From contig OZ316894.1 of NCBI GenBank assembly GCA_973895155.1, positions 4,612,944 to 4,676,943 on the forward strand: a stretch of DNA of 64,000 nucleotides, written 5' to 3'. Source of the stretch: Marsupella aquatica (Eukaryota > Plantae > Marchantiophyta). The notes under the pieces are model-generated. The model saw only the letters and a list, made by a program, of their open reading frames with translations, was not told the DNA's origin and did not search any database. Position 1 is the first letter of the stretch; the number at the start of each line of letters is the position of its first letter. The translations under genes and the position numbers were made by a program. Below are positions 13,345 to 25,739 of this stretch, piece after piece.

Positions 13345-14273
13345 TTTGTTTGCATATAGCAAGGATGATATGTCAAGATGCAAGCCCAACGGTTAAGTTT
13401 ATTATTACCTCATGACATAGACAACTTGGACAACAATCAATTCATCTTGGATAACCTTATCTGAATCCTATATTCTGAACTATATAGTCTCTCAAGTAGA
13501 AGTGAAGTTTTCAGAAACCTAGTAAGCACACAAGTGAATAGCTAACTCACTGGCATAGCCTTGTTTGCTCAAACTTAATGGTATGGTCAACACAGCGTTA
13601 CAATAGACCAACCCAGTAATCACTAGAGATGATCTGAGAGTAGAAAGACATACACAATCCAATAATGAAAAGCGTTACCTAAATCCCCTTATATATTAAG
13701 CTCTTTGATTTAAGGTCTATCAAATGATCCCGATCACTCATAGGGTCCATCAACTAAGATTTTGCATTTTGAGGTTCATCCATATATCCTTTTGTAAAGA
13801 ATGCCACATAGTGTGAGGAAAAGATGCTAAGAATATTATTTATTTATATTTCTTAGAATGTTTATGACAGTTGGATTTTCCTGATCTTCCCTAGATTTAA
13901 GGATCACCATTAGATTCTGGCTAATGGGGTCTGTGGCTAAGTGGGAAAAGTGGCTGAGGAAAGACTTGTACACCAACAATTTTTGCCAAGAATTGCTAGT
14001 TCATAGAGGGAGATGGACTCTAGCCAAATTTGCCACTAATTAAAATGTAAAATGTCACCTTTTGTGAAGGAGAGGATGCTAGGAATATCTGACACTCAGA
14101 AATTAATCTGGCGAATGGGGATAACTTTACACTTAAGGACAGCCCCCAAATTCTGGCTATTGGGGTTGGTGTCTACATGTGAAGTGATGAATCTAATTAT
14201 ATAAACCACAGCCTATAATAGTGGTGCAGGTGGCCGATGGGGATTGGATTAGGGCAAGTCTCTGACAATAATA

Positions 14274-14433
14274 GGGTGTCTCAAATGTCCCGCTGCTGCC
14301 TCTGGTCCCGGTCAGCAATGAATTCCCAGGAAAAAAGTGGCGGACACAAAACTTGGCGTCCACTCACTGTTGAATTGTGACCGAAACTGATAATTCCGGG
14401 CTTCATTTTTTTCCCACAAGGTTTGAGACACCA
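14274..14433. mobile_element. Small MITE (Tc1/mariner-like)
   Basis: TIR GGTGTCTCAAA (14275-14285) pairs with TTTGAGACACC (14422-14432), with TA close to both ends. Confidence 0.5.
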
Positions 14434-15809
14434 TAATGTAGTGTTTGAGAAGTCACCGTAGACTAATTGATGACTAATTGATCATGATTGACAGTCAATT
14501 AACAAAAGCTTGAATGTAGTCACCTCTATTGAACAGATTACATAATCAAGCAAAAAGGAACTAACAAACCTACAGTAGCACTCTTTGGCCATCAGATGAA
14601 ACCTAGCATATACTTTTCAGTTTTCACTCAGAAAATAGGTGTGCCTACCTATGGTCACTCTGGCAAAGAGTGGATCTTGGTGACCGGCTTGACCGCCAGA
14701 TTATAGGACCATTGAGTTTATATATATATATATATACATTATTAATGAAACAAGGACCTATAAATTTAGGGTGCACTTAAAAGCATCAGGGTCCCATAAA
14801 TGACCAATTAGAAACTAGAGTATGTAAGCAATAATTATTCTATCAGCCATCAATGATGATCATTACCAGGGAACGGTGGAGATATACGGGGGTGCACAAC
14901 TTCATCGGTTTAGTTGAGTTTTTATTCCCATCTTTGTGTTATTTGGGTCTATAACCCCATTGTAACTTGTTTGTTAGTTTGTATAAGGTTTTGAGGGATC
15001 TTACAGGTGAGTCCACAATGTTGAGTAATCAAACGCTACACATATACAACATACATAGTTTACTTAACATGAGGAACTTTTGTACCAATCTTGTCTGTGG
15101 ATTCTCAAATTTAAATGAGAATACATTTTTACATGCCAAAGTATCTCGTAAGATGCAACTGGCAAACAGTGGCAACAACTATGCCGACAATTTTGCAGTG
15201 TAAAAGTAAACTGAATATTTCAATAACTAATGTGGGGGCTTTACACTCGATAAGTCATCACCACTTGGGGATGGGTTTACCCTACTCAATTTAACTCCAT
15301 TCAAAGCTTAAGTGTCAAACAGTGTAAAAAGACACAAGAAATCAGTGAAAGTTTCAAGTCATCACCAAAACAATTTTAAGACAGAAAAGGGAACTTGAAG
15401 CTCAGATGGACTTCTAGAACCTTTGCCACAGAGCTCGGATGTAGTTTTCCAACCAGGATACACTGCAGCAAAACTCATGTTTTACTCACTTGATACACAT
15501 AACACAGGAGAGTAAAATTAGCTAAAGTGAAAGTGGTCATCTAAGGAAATTAGTAGCTGTCCTAAAGCTGAATGTATCTTTCAGATTACTAATTATCCCG
15601 TAGTTTTTCTTTCAAGGGTCTTACTGTTTGAAATGCCCTCTTCATTGGAGGTAACTTGTGTTTGTCTTCTCCACGTCTCTTTTGCATTGAAAACGGGCTG
15701 TCTCCCTCATAAAAGGTACAGAAAAAGGAATATTTATCTACTTTTGTTATGTAGACACTATCTCGGATCCTAGTCATGAACATAATCTATACATAATTTT
15801 TTAGTTCTT

Positions 15810-16284
15810 TTTTTTTGTCTTGAACTGAAATGGGGAAGAAATACAATTAGACTCCTCCCACCCCAATCTGACACTTTTTCTGTAGGGAACCCAGACCAGG
15901 GTGAGCCCCAAGGGATCCGACAGGGACCCACACCAGGAAGGAGAGAGGATAAAATAAGGGCCACAAAGTGAGCAACCAACGGGGCAACCAGGGGCCGACC
16001 AGATAATCAGAACTCCAATCCACTACCCACAAAACAACCCACACACACATATACCCTCACACCTCACACCCCAGTGTGTGAGGAGGAAGGAGAGAGGATT
16101 AAATCAGGGCCACAAAGTGGGCAACCAGGGGCCAAGCAAATAATCAGAATTCCAATGATCCACTACCCACAAAACCCATCCCACCCACACACATATACCC
16201 GTGTGGAGGGGAGATTGAACCTGGGACCTCTCACCTCTCAGTTCCAGGCAAAACCCCTAGCCAATTGACCTAAGCCAATTAGTT
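15810..16284 (-). mobile_element. tRNA-derived SINE, copy 1 (with internal duplication)
   Basis: Reverse complement of the 32474 element, with A/B boxes at the right end and a poly(A) tail at the left. TSD is TAATTTTTTAGTTCTT (15794-15809) / TAATTTTTTGGTTCTT (16285-16300). Confidence 0.85.
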
Positions 16285-16750
16285 TAATTTTTTGGTTCTT
16301 ATAATAGAGTCTATGGCCTCACTGGAGTAAGCCATTAACTAAATATGGGAAATTATGTGGGAAATTAGAGCATATCATAGATATGGATTGAGGGGGCTTG
16401 GTTGAGGGACTTTTCAAGAGATGGGAACCCACTAAGTATATCTGGCTGCCTATGGCTTCACTAGAGTCGGTCATGAATTACATATGATGGGCAGTCTAAC
16501 TCTATAATCACCCTAGAAAGTTATCCTTCAGGGCCTATGGTCCAGGGCGTATGGTCTAGAGTGAAGACTATTGACCAATACCTGGGGCATGACCAAAGTT
16601 TGGGGTGCGTGTGGGCAATGGAGATTGCAAAATGGGTGAGCCTCTAACAATGGCGTGGCGGGTTTGAATGTGAGTCCCCACTTCTATTTTGTGTTCAAAG
16701 GCTGGTGCTCAGGCTATTACAGTGTAGTATAGATATGGACAGATAGGATC

Positions 16751-18170
16751 TTAATTGAATGACTTTCGACCCACTAAGTATATCTCTGGCTGTGAAGTCT
16801 TCAATTCTGTGGTTCTAGAGGAGCTACTAGGAAGGGCGTTTAGGTGACTGGACATGGGCTGACAGGAGTGGGTAAAATGCATCGAGAAAAGGTTTTCATC
16901 ATGAGAAGACAATGTCCAGTCAGTCAGGCGAACTTTTCTCGACATGATAGATCATTCAGAAGAACCAGGCAGCTGCTCTGGACCACTTCGATCATATGCT
17001 AGAGATTCAATGCATGTGACACTTCAGATCGTTCAGCTTTTGACTCTGACTGTCTCGCTTCCAACCAAATCCTCTGGAAGATCTTCTCTCTCTCAGTCTG
17101 TCATCTTGAACACAGATAATTGTTCCGATATCTTGTCGACTCCGTCACCTTCTGCTGGCAGACTGCAGCCCTCAGCGTTGACAGACGACCTAGACTGTAA
17201 GGAACTTGTCTGTGGGAGTGTGGGATCACTTCCATCCTCTCCTAAATAAGTAGTCTTTAACTGATGAATGGACGTGTCCATTCCATGTACACTGCAGCCC
17301 TTCTGAGAAGCAACAAATTTGAAGGAAAGACGTGTTCGCTTCTAGAAGTTCGCTGACATGATTGTGTGTAACTTATACTTAGGACGACTGATCTATATCT
17401 GGTCCACATTTGATGCGCTGTAAGTTCCTTTGTTGAAGAACTGCTTCGATGATCTTCCGGGAAGAGGGAAGTAAAGGGTCAGCTGGGGATGAGTACTTCG
17501 AAAGTTCACAGGTTCTCTTGACGTCCCATTTGAACAACCATTTTATGCATGAAGTGTACAGACTCTGTTGTCGTATCACGATGTTCCTTGTCTGAAGTGC
17601 GTAGAAGTGTCCTTGTCCAGTACGCTACACGTGAGTTGGTCTGTAAACAAAAATTGGACAAGGAAACATGCTTGCAGAACTTTCGTCTAGCTCGTTATAT
17701 TTTCTGCTCTTCCAATTTTGACATCGGGCTATCTTTACCACTCTTGCTCCCAATTGCAGCACGACCGTGTAGTCAGTGGTCCCAACTAAAATGGTGCATG
17801 TCTAAAGCGGATATAATCTAAGAGACGTGTGAGACACAATATCGATGGGATCTACTCCAAAACCAGCACTGATTCGGGACAGGGAAGAATGGCCACCAAT
17901 GAATGACGCCAACAACGTGCCCCGACAACGAGTCCCTGATCAATGCTGTTAAATCCAGACTCAGTCTGAACACCAGAAAGGCGGTTAGTTTTTGTGGAGT
18001 GCGGCGGTGGCTTGAGACGAGGCTATCAATTTGCCAACAATCCGACAAAAATTGTTTTCAATCTTACTACAAATTGAAGCCAGCAACGATGCCTGGCCCC
18101 TATCCGTACGAAGTCTGCATGGTTCCAATCAATGTCCAGTACTGAAGATGGTTCTGGTACGATGATGTTT
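16751..18170 (-). pseudogene. Decayed long ORF(s) of unknown family
   Basis: ORFs 16751..16945 and 17093..17281 share a frame. The frame of 17379..17579 extends upstream past 17900 with few stops (…VVLQLGARVVKIARCQNW…GQGHFYALQTRNIVIRQQ…). Confidence 0.4.
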
Positions 18171-18643
18171 AGTGAGTGTAAACATTTCGTTGCAAGAAGA
18201 TCACACGAGAACTACAGCAGTCGTACGACTGCAACTACAAAGTAAAACCTAAATTTCTTTAGCTTCAAAGTGCGTATCTAATTATGACCCGTACTTCAAG
18301 GGTACCCCTATAGCCGTGCGATATAAAATGTGATAATATAAGGTGTGCATTAATTGAATTAAAGAGATTTATCATGGTATAGAGTGATGTCATATACCAA
18401 GCTGACTGTCAGTCCCGTAGACCGTCACACATCTAGAAGGCTACTGTAGACCGAAATAGAACGTCAGGGCACGATCTCGCCCTGTCGTGCCCGGTCGCTG
18501 CCTCTCTCTCAGCCGTTTGCTCTCACCTCACCAAAGACTTTGCTGAGGGGACAGTCCTGTAGTGACAGGGATTCTTGCCAGGCACTGAACTTCACTGTAA
18601 CGGGACAATCAATTAATTACGGCAAGCAGGGAGGATGCTCTCA

Positions 18644-18976
18644 ATGCGTCAATCGATATGGAGAGACATATGGCAATGTCAGACGAGCCGCTGGTATCCT
18701 CACATTGTTGTGGCGTGCCGTTTCATCTCGGAGGAATGAAAGATGGGATGAAGAATAATGTGGGATGGATGTCCTCGATCCAACCGTATCACAAAAGATC
18801 GCCATTGCGGTACTTGTACTGTATGGAAGGGGTGATACTAGCTACCGCCTCGATGGACCAGACACTGCCTGTATAATGTAACGCTCTCTTTTGGGTCCGG
18901 GAGTATGACTGAAAACTGTAACAAATTCAACAGAATAATAGGTGAGAATGCAGCACAAGCTAGACAGATTTCATGA
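18644..18976 (+). pseudogene. Decayed RPA70 C-terminal-like Zn-ribbon/OB-fold ORF
   Basis: Translation from ATG 18644 reads …RIMWDGCPRSNRITKDRHCGTC…LYNVTLSFGSGSMTENCNKFNRIIG…, with 4 in-frame stops. Confidence 0.4.
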
Positions 18977-18991
18977 GTGTACCCCACAAAT

Positions 18992-19590
18992 CTAAACGTG
19001 GAGGTCACAAACTAAGACTGCTTAGAAGATCTTTGTTTTGCTGCTGGCATCATTGTGCCTCATTGAAATGTAGAATTGTCTTACGGCTGCATCATTGTAC
19101 CCGATTGAATTGAATCTGTTCTCGTTGAAATATAGAATCTCCACATAATTATCATCGTTTCTAATTATTCGGTTGGATGACCAAAGGAACAGCAAAAAAC
19201 TTGTTATGTGCGTTGTGGGATCTAGTTCCCAGTTCAATGTACAACATTGCTGTCCGAGAAATTTGGCTCATTTCATCCAGCAGAACCTTTTACCCAAAAA
19301 GAGTTTTCCTTGTATCCATAAGGATTGCCATTTGAGTATATGTATGGCATGTACAGCATACGATACGGTTCGCTGTGCATCAGAGAATAATATGACGAAA
19401 ACCTGTGACAACCTTATCACAATCATGGAGTGATTTCCTCCCAATGCACAAACTAGTCTACAGTATGACTGCAATCATTTTATGCCCTTTGGATGTGATT
19501 AAGCCACCAGGACAAATTGGATACCCCAATGATGGTACTTGATTGGTTCCAAATTTCCAAAGTCTGGGAGCACTATGATTATTCTAAAGT
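18992..19590 (-). pseudogene. Decayed unknown ORF
   Basis: ORFs 19022..19237 and 19268..19474 are in one frame, giving about 200 codons with 4 internal stops. Confidence 0.45.
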
Positions 19591-19629
19591 TTGTGATTGA
19601 CAGCTTTTCTCACTAAAACTGGCTGTTCA

Positions 19630-20400
19630 GGGACCAGAAACTGTAGCTCTACTTCGAACAGTACTGCACACTATCCAGGACTGTCTGAGGATTTTCGTAC
19701 TTTGGGCGGTGGCTCTCCTCATTGCAGTGAATTTGGGAGTACAGGTGTCCTATGCAATGGGCATGTAATCGTGGGTTATCTTGCCGTACGTGGAGCTCAG
19801 AACACAAATGGAGAATAGTTGAACCCTGTTAATGGAGGTTTCACATATCAGAGTCTCTAACTATCTGCGGATTTTTAGGGACAGCAAAGGGCTTCTTGTG
19901 TGCTTTGTGGGGCCTCGCAGTCTGACAGATATTGGACCAATGTAGTAACAGGATTGGCCTGTAATTGAGAAGAGACACGGAGGAGAAATAGGACTGTTCC
20001 ACCCAGAAATAGGATTGTCCTCCATTGCTGATTGCACGTTACCTCGATCCACCATGACCATTGCACATGCAGCCTTGACAGACGACTGTACTGGAGTGAC
20101 CGTGGGCTATCTCAACTGGCCACCCTTCTTATATTGACCCGGTTCTTCAATCTTAAAGATGTAGAATTTTTACACTGCCCTGACCTTCGATCCATTAAAG
20201 TAAATATATATATCATCAGGCTCCCGAAAATTCATTCCATGGCCGCTTAGACCTCCTTTGAGTCCTTTGCGTAGATTTCGGTATCCTCAAACTAACTTGG
20301 TCACCTGTAAAATCTGACGATCCACGCGTGTAGGCATTGATATAATCTCGTAATCCGTGGATCTTGCAATAAATACAACACTTCCACTATAATTCGTTGG
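19630..20400 (-). pseudogene. Decayed unknown ORF
   Basis: The frame of ORF 19861..20061 runs about 255 codons with about 5 stops (…SVVFIARSTDYEIISMPTRVDRQILQV…FREPDDIYIYFNGSKV…). Confidence 0.4.
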
Positions 20401-21009
20401 AAGAGTGATTGATAATTATTGAATATTCCAACCAAATACTAGTATAACCGATGTTTCTCAGTACAGTATCCAAATGAAGTCCCTGCTATGGCTCCCTATT
20501 TATCAATTCACTTTGGTCTCCCGTTAAGAAAAAAAATTAGGCATCTCATTTGGGGCAACGTAACAACTGGCAGGGCACCTGAAATTGTCCACCAGAACCT
20601 GAAGTGCAGAATCGCTATGCCACACTGCAAACAAATATTCTCTATAACTTTCATCGTATTCTGAAGGAATGTGCAAGTCCGTGATCGATCTGTGACTACG
20701 TTTTGGAGTACGCAACTGGACACCCACCAACAGCTCGCGAGGATATCAATAGCGCCCAGCTGCGAAGCCAGTTTCACCACTTCATTCTTGAACTTTCTCC
20801 ACGAACCATCGCGAGTATGCTGTCTCATTGTAAGTGATTCCAGTGGAGTACGTCGATCTTCCTCATGAGAGAAACCACGATTACGCTTACGGTTGTGATC
20901 AATTTGACCAAAATGAGTGCTACTTAAGAGCTGAGTCCTCAGAAGTATTACAGATTAAGAATGTCAAAGTATGCTGGTGGATTAAGAAACAAGCTTTACA
21001 TGCAATTCT

Positions 21010-21490
21010 TGTAGTCTATTGAGAAATACTAAAAATGTAGCACGTTCCCTTTTCCGACCTTGGCTAGATGACGGCCTCAGTAGAATCTCTTAAGTTACTC
21101 TCGTTTAACCTGACACGGCCTACATTTGCATTTTCCTTGATATCCCACCCATTCACGGTTTCTACAATGTCCCTTGCCATTCTTTAATCACGAAATAATC
21201 CATGGATTGTGTTATTCCCGGACTCCACTTGGAATCCTCGTGATTACTGGTGCCATCCTGACATCACCCAATATCTCTTTTCTGCTACGATTCTCAATCA
21301 TCAACCGAAGGGACTCTCATTATCGGTAATTGAATTGTGTTGTGTGATGTCGAGAGTGGGAGGAAATTACAACCTACTAATCTCTTCCCGTATTTCGTTC
21401 CATGTGAAGGTGTCTGCCACGTGAAGGAATCTAGGAACTAGCTTGTTTTCATCATGCGACGACACCGCACGAGACACAGGCTAGTCCATG
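21010..21490 (-). pseudogene. Decayed unknown ORF
   Basis: The frame starts at an ATG near 21490 and reads MD*PVSRAVSSHDENKLVPRFLHVADTFTWNEIREEISRL*…. It looks protein-like but has several stops. Confidence 0.3.
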
Positions 21491-21687
21491 ATTCTGTCAT
21501 CGACGCACTCTCAGTCATAGTTTCCCTCCACTAAAACAAACAACTATTAATAGGTAAGGACCTCCTCCACAGCTCTCTCAATGTGTCTCGCTCGCTCGCT
21601 TCCACAATCCCTCCCTCCTGCCAACGATTTATTCTCTTTGGTTCACGTGCCCCTCATTTCCCTGCTGCCCTCTGTGACTTCTCCTCT

Positions 21688-22460
21688 ATGGTTGTGCATC
21701 TACGTCAATTTCTGCCCTTCGTGAACAGCTTAGTTGACAAGCCTCAACAGCAATTGTGACTCCCTGCGGTCTCCCTCTTGGGACTTAAGAAAACTCCTCC
21801 GCTGGGTCTAACTTTAATCAATCATCGTTTGCTTGTTTATATCGCTTCTAATCCTACAAAGAATGGGAAAAATTCATTTCAAAGAAGAAGGCAGATTGCA
21901 TTCCTTCGGAGAGGATTTCTGTCTTTCACCTTGAAGAAGATTCAAGGACGTTTCTACATCATTGTTCCGACACAATTGAACGGTATGTATCCACCCCAGG
22001 TTTGGCGCCAAAAACAAATCTTGCACCACAGCTTGGTCACTGCAGTGGAGCAAATTTCGATCGTAACATTGAGCTGTCTGTTTACCCTTGAGAGCTTCCT
22101 TGTGTGGAAGATGAGATCAGCTTCTCGATGATGAATTGATGATGTGAAGTTTGCCTTGAGTACTGTCCATGTTCAATGACAATTGGCAAGTATTTAGACC
22201 ATCGGTTTAGCTGAGGAAGAATTCTCTGTATGAGTATCTATTTTAGATCATCCTTAGAAATGGCTAATTATAAGCTGTAGAAGTGGGCACCTTTTCATTT
22301 ATTGGTGGTCTTTCGACAATTTCGCAAACACGAACAAAATCCAACCTATACTTTTTGAGCCAATTTCCAGGGGAGAAGAATTTCAAGGGTCAAGCCTTAC
22401 CTTGAAATGCCATCCGGACAGTTCGTTTGGCCGGAGTGTTCAGCTGGCAAATGTTGTCTA
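21688..22460 (+). pseudogene. Decayed unknown ORF
   Basis: ATG 21688 is in frame with ORF 21778..22131 and continues (…KWLIISCRSGHLFIYWWSFDNF…) with about 7 stops in 258 codons. A second frame is also stop-poor, so the true frame is uncertain. Confidence 0.4.
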
Positions 22461-22491
22461 AAAGTCACCTTTTATCTCTCCTACAGACGGT

Positions 22492-22610
22492 ATCAAGTGT
22501 TCTTGTCCTTCTTAAAAACATCCAGCACAAACTCGAGATCTCCTAGTGGTCATCAAGTGTTCTTGCTCTTCTTAAAAACATCCAGCACAAACTCGAGATC
22601 TCCTAGTGGT
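22492..22610. repeat. 60-bp tandem duplication
   Basis: ATCAAGTGTTCTTG…GATCTCCTAGTGGT occurs twice, nearly identical. Confidence 0.95.
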
Positions 22611-23194
22611 GTAACCGATCCACTCACTGAAGTGGAACCCAATGGAATACTGCCCTGCATAGGTCACAACGGTGGTTCAAGATTTAGAGCTTGCTGTTAG
22701 ATCCTTAGTATTCATGGTCTCTCAGCAAGCGATCTGATTGTACGACCAACGGCATCTTAGACACCGATCAGTTCTGATCGTTGAAAGTGTTTATCACTTT
22801 AAAGATGTCTGTTGTAGGATACTTTTTTAATGCTGATGCCATATTGCTTGTGAGATTCTAATCAGCAACAATTCAGTATCGTTCCGAATGATGCTTGTGT
22901 TATCGCAATTGCCCAAACAGGGGAAGGGAATTGAAAAGTGGAAACACCCAATAAGCTGAGCAGATGCGTTGGGAAGCGCATTATGAGTTCTACAGCAACA
23001 CGTATTCTGGTGGGGTTAAGCAGGATTAAATTCCCACAAAGATCACCAGCGAGGTTTAATTTTTTCACAAGAGGTCTCGTACCAATCCCATATGTGGTGG
23101 ACGATCGAGTCACTTCGCACCCAAACCTACCTAAGAAAACGATACTCACTTGCGTTTTATGGTTCTCCTCAGAAACCAAAGTGAGGGGATAATC

Positions 23195-24425
23195 TTAAAC
23201 ATTCAACAGAAGTGCAGGAAATAAAGCGGGAGCGCGATTGACTGCTTTCCAAAGACGAGAGAAGTTTACCTGGCCCCAGAACTTGTCATATTTTGTCACC
23301 TTGACGTCACCATCTACTAGCACCTGAATACCACATGAAAAGCCAACAGCAGATAATATATAGAGCAGGAACTTGACTTGTGCAAAAGTAAAAAAGTGAG
23401 AGGAATGAACACGAGATTACTCCAATGTCAATTCTTGGGATGCAAAAATAAATGGTACACATGCTAAACTCGATGAGAAAAGTAGGCACTTTTACTTCCA
23501 AGATTTTGAGCAACTGTTGGAGGATCATCATATCATATCATATCATATCATATCATATCATATCATATCATATCATATCAAATCATACCATATCATATCA
23601 TATCAAGATATAAACTCAGAGCACGTTCAAAGTATCAGCAATCAAACTGCATAGCTAATGAATGGCAATCTACATTATGTCCATATATAGTTGCAGGTTG
23701 TCGGCCAGGAGCGTACTTGGCATGCTAGCCGGAGGTTGGAATTTTGAGGGGGGCGATGAGGAGGAAAGTTCAGTCGAACGGTCTCTTGCACACCCCATGT
23801 TTCTGGTTTAACACTGCCTTGGATTTGTACTGCACATGTACCACATGTCCCTGCTCCTCTGAAATCGCAAATGCCAACACATACAAGTTAAGGGAACTGT
23901 GAGATTTCCTGTGCCATTTGAAGCCCAGATTTGGGTTTCTGTTTCCCTCTGCTTCCCGAGATTTTTCTATTGTAACTTTCGTTCCTCAGTAAGAAATGAA
24001 AGAAATAAAACACGACATATTGAGACGAAAGCAAAGCATCGACAACGCGGGCTACTCCAAGCGAGAGGAAGTGCTTCTGGAAGAGATGGGTACCGGCAAT
24101 TGATCACTACTGCTCCGTCGTTGTGAGGCGAAAGGCCATGTTGCAAGAGAGCAGTTCGCAAAACCACACCTTTGGGAACTTTAATCTCATTTCCCCTGAA
24201 CTGGACGGACACCATCTCCTCCCCGTTCGGCCCCCGATTCACTTCTTCCTCTCCTGCCCTTTTCTCTGTCACATTTTGCTGAAAAGAGGACGTCGCGCTA
24301 CAGCGATGCCGGGTCACGTTGACAAAGCGGGCTGCATTGTACCTGCCATGATCCGCTCCTGCAGCATCAGCAGTAGCCTTACTACACCATTGCCGACCAA
24401 TCTGGACGGTTTGTAATCCTTTCAT
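23195..24425 (-). CDS. 2Fe-2S ferredoxin-like protein with N-terminal targeting-like extension; exons 24425-24094, 23858-23717, 23323-23270 (3' end uncertain, read-through stop at 23195)
   Basis: GT-AG splicing gives …LRTALLQHGLSPHNDGAVVINCRGAGTCGTCAVQIQG…RLNFPPH…LRLACQVLVDGDVKVTKYDKFWGQ, with C-x4-C-x2-C plus the distal RLACQ Cys. Confidence 0.9.
23528..23605. repeat. (ATATC)n pentanucleotide microsatellite in ferredoxin intron 2
   Basis: About 15 units read directly. Confidence 0.95.
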
Positions 24426-25305
24426 TTCTCCCCGAATCTCACCTTAGTGTCGAGCCTGCACAGCTCCAATTACAGAATTAGGTTCCAATTTGGTCCACGG
24501 CCTATCTTCTGATTACAGAGTTTCCATCATCCGACAAGTGCTTGCTTGTGAATGATGTTCATCCATCTAGTACTGCCAGAAATCCTTCATATTCTTGCCT
24601 CTGCCTTTCGTAGGTTTGGCAACATTGTCACATCCCTCAAAATCCCAATTATGTACCAAAGAATCCAATGTCCCTGGGGTATTGCCTCTTTGCCTAATCT
24701 CGTGCCAGTGACTCTAGAAAAAATGCACCCTAGAGAAAATGCACCCTATGTCCCAATTGAAATCTGCTACCCAAATTGAAATGATAGGAAATAAATGGGA
24801 GGTCAAATTCACCAAACGATGCTGCGGCACGGAGCTCGACTTAACAATCGTATCATTCACTCGCTCCATCTCATTACTTACTTTCTGGGCCTCCAGAGCT
24901 CTGTTCGTTCTCTCGCATTCAATCAATCCTTCCGAATCACCCGTCTGCTGCCTTCACAGCTGCCACAGCCCAACCTACTGCAGATCTCCTAAAACTCTAG
25001 CTCGGGACCTTGCAATTTCCGGCCACAAGCAATTTCATCTTCATCCTCTTACAATTGCCATCCCTCAATCATCGACTCCTCTACTCGCTACACTGCTGCT
25101 GGTCCCCCTTCTCTCCACTTCCTTCTCAACTTTGAAACGCTGAACCGCCCTCTGTAATTTCTTCCTTTGGCATTTCCCTGATCAATCCTCAAGTTAATGG
25201 GAAGAGCTTCATATTTCATTCCAGTCCCTTTCTTTGGTGCGGTCTCAGTTCTCTTCTCAGGAGCTTGATAGACTTCAACCCAATCAAACAAAGATCCGTG
25301 GGTCA

Positions 25306-25387
25306 ATGTTACCCACACACGCGTTGCACCCATAAGAGATAAATACTACCTTATGTTACCCACACACGCGTTGCACCCATAAGAGAT
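25306..25387. repeat. 47-bp period tandem duplication
   Basis: ATGTTACCCACACACGCGTTGCACCCATAAGAGAT occurs twice. Confidence 0.9.
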
Positions 25388-25739
25388 GACCACTAGCCTC
25401 ATTACCCATTCCCTCAGGAGAAAAAGGGATGAAAGGAAATAAAACATTGTAGACAAAGGATTGCATGGCATTTCCTAGAAAAAGAAACATTCAAAAATAA
25501 AGATTGCATGGGATAAGCTGTTCATCTTTATTCCCTCCCTCCATGTTCTATGTTTGCACCCTCACTTCCGTGCACCCTCACTTCAGCTGTGCCCTCACCT
25601 AAAGTCACTGTTTAGAGGCTCCAGAGTAGGCTAAGGAGTTGTCTTTGATTGAGCCTTATTAGTTAGCCTAGCCACAGGGGCCAAAATCTCATAACCCCAG
25701 GCCAGGCTGGTGGGGTTAAGTTTTTAAATCATTATTTTT

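Noticed and set aside
22862-23179. 105-aa minus ORF as part of the decayed ORF island
   Set aside because: It lies directly downstream of the ferredoxin gene and may be its last intron or 3'UTR; it cannot be assigned.
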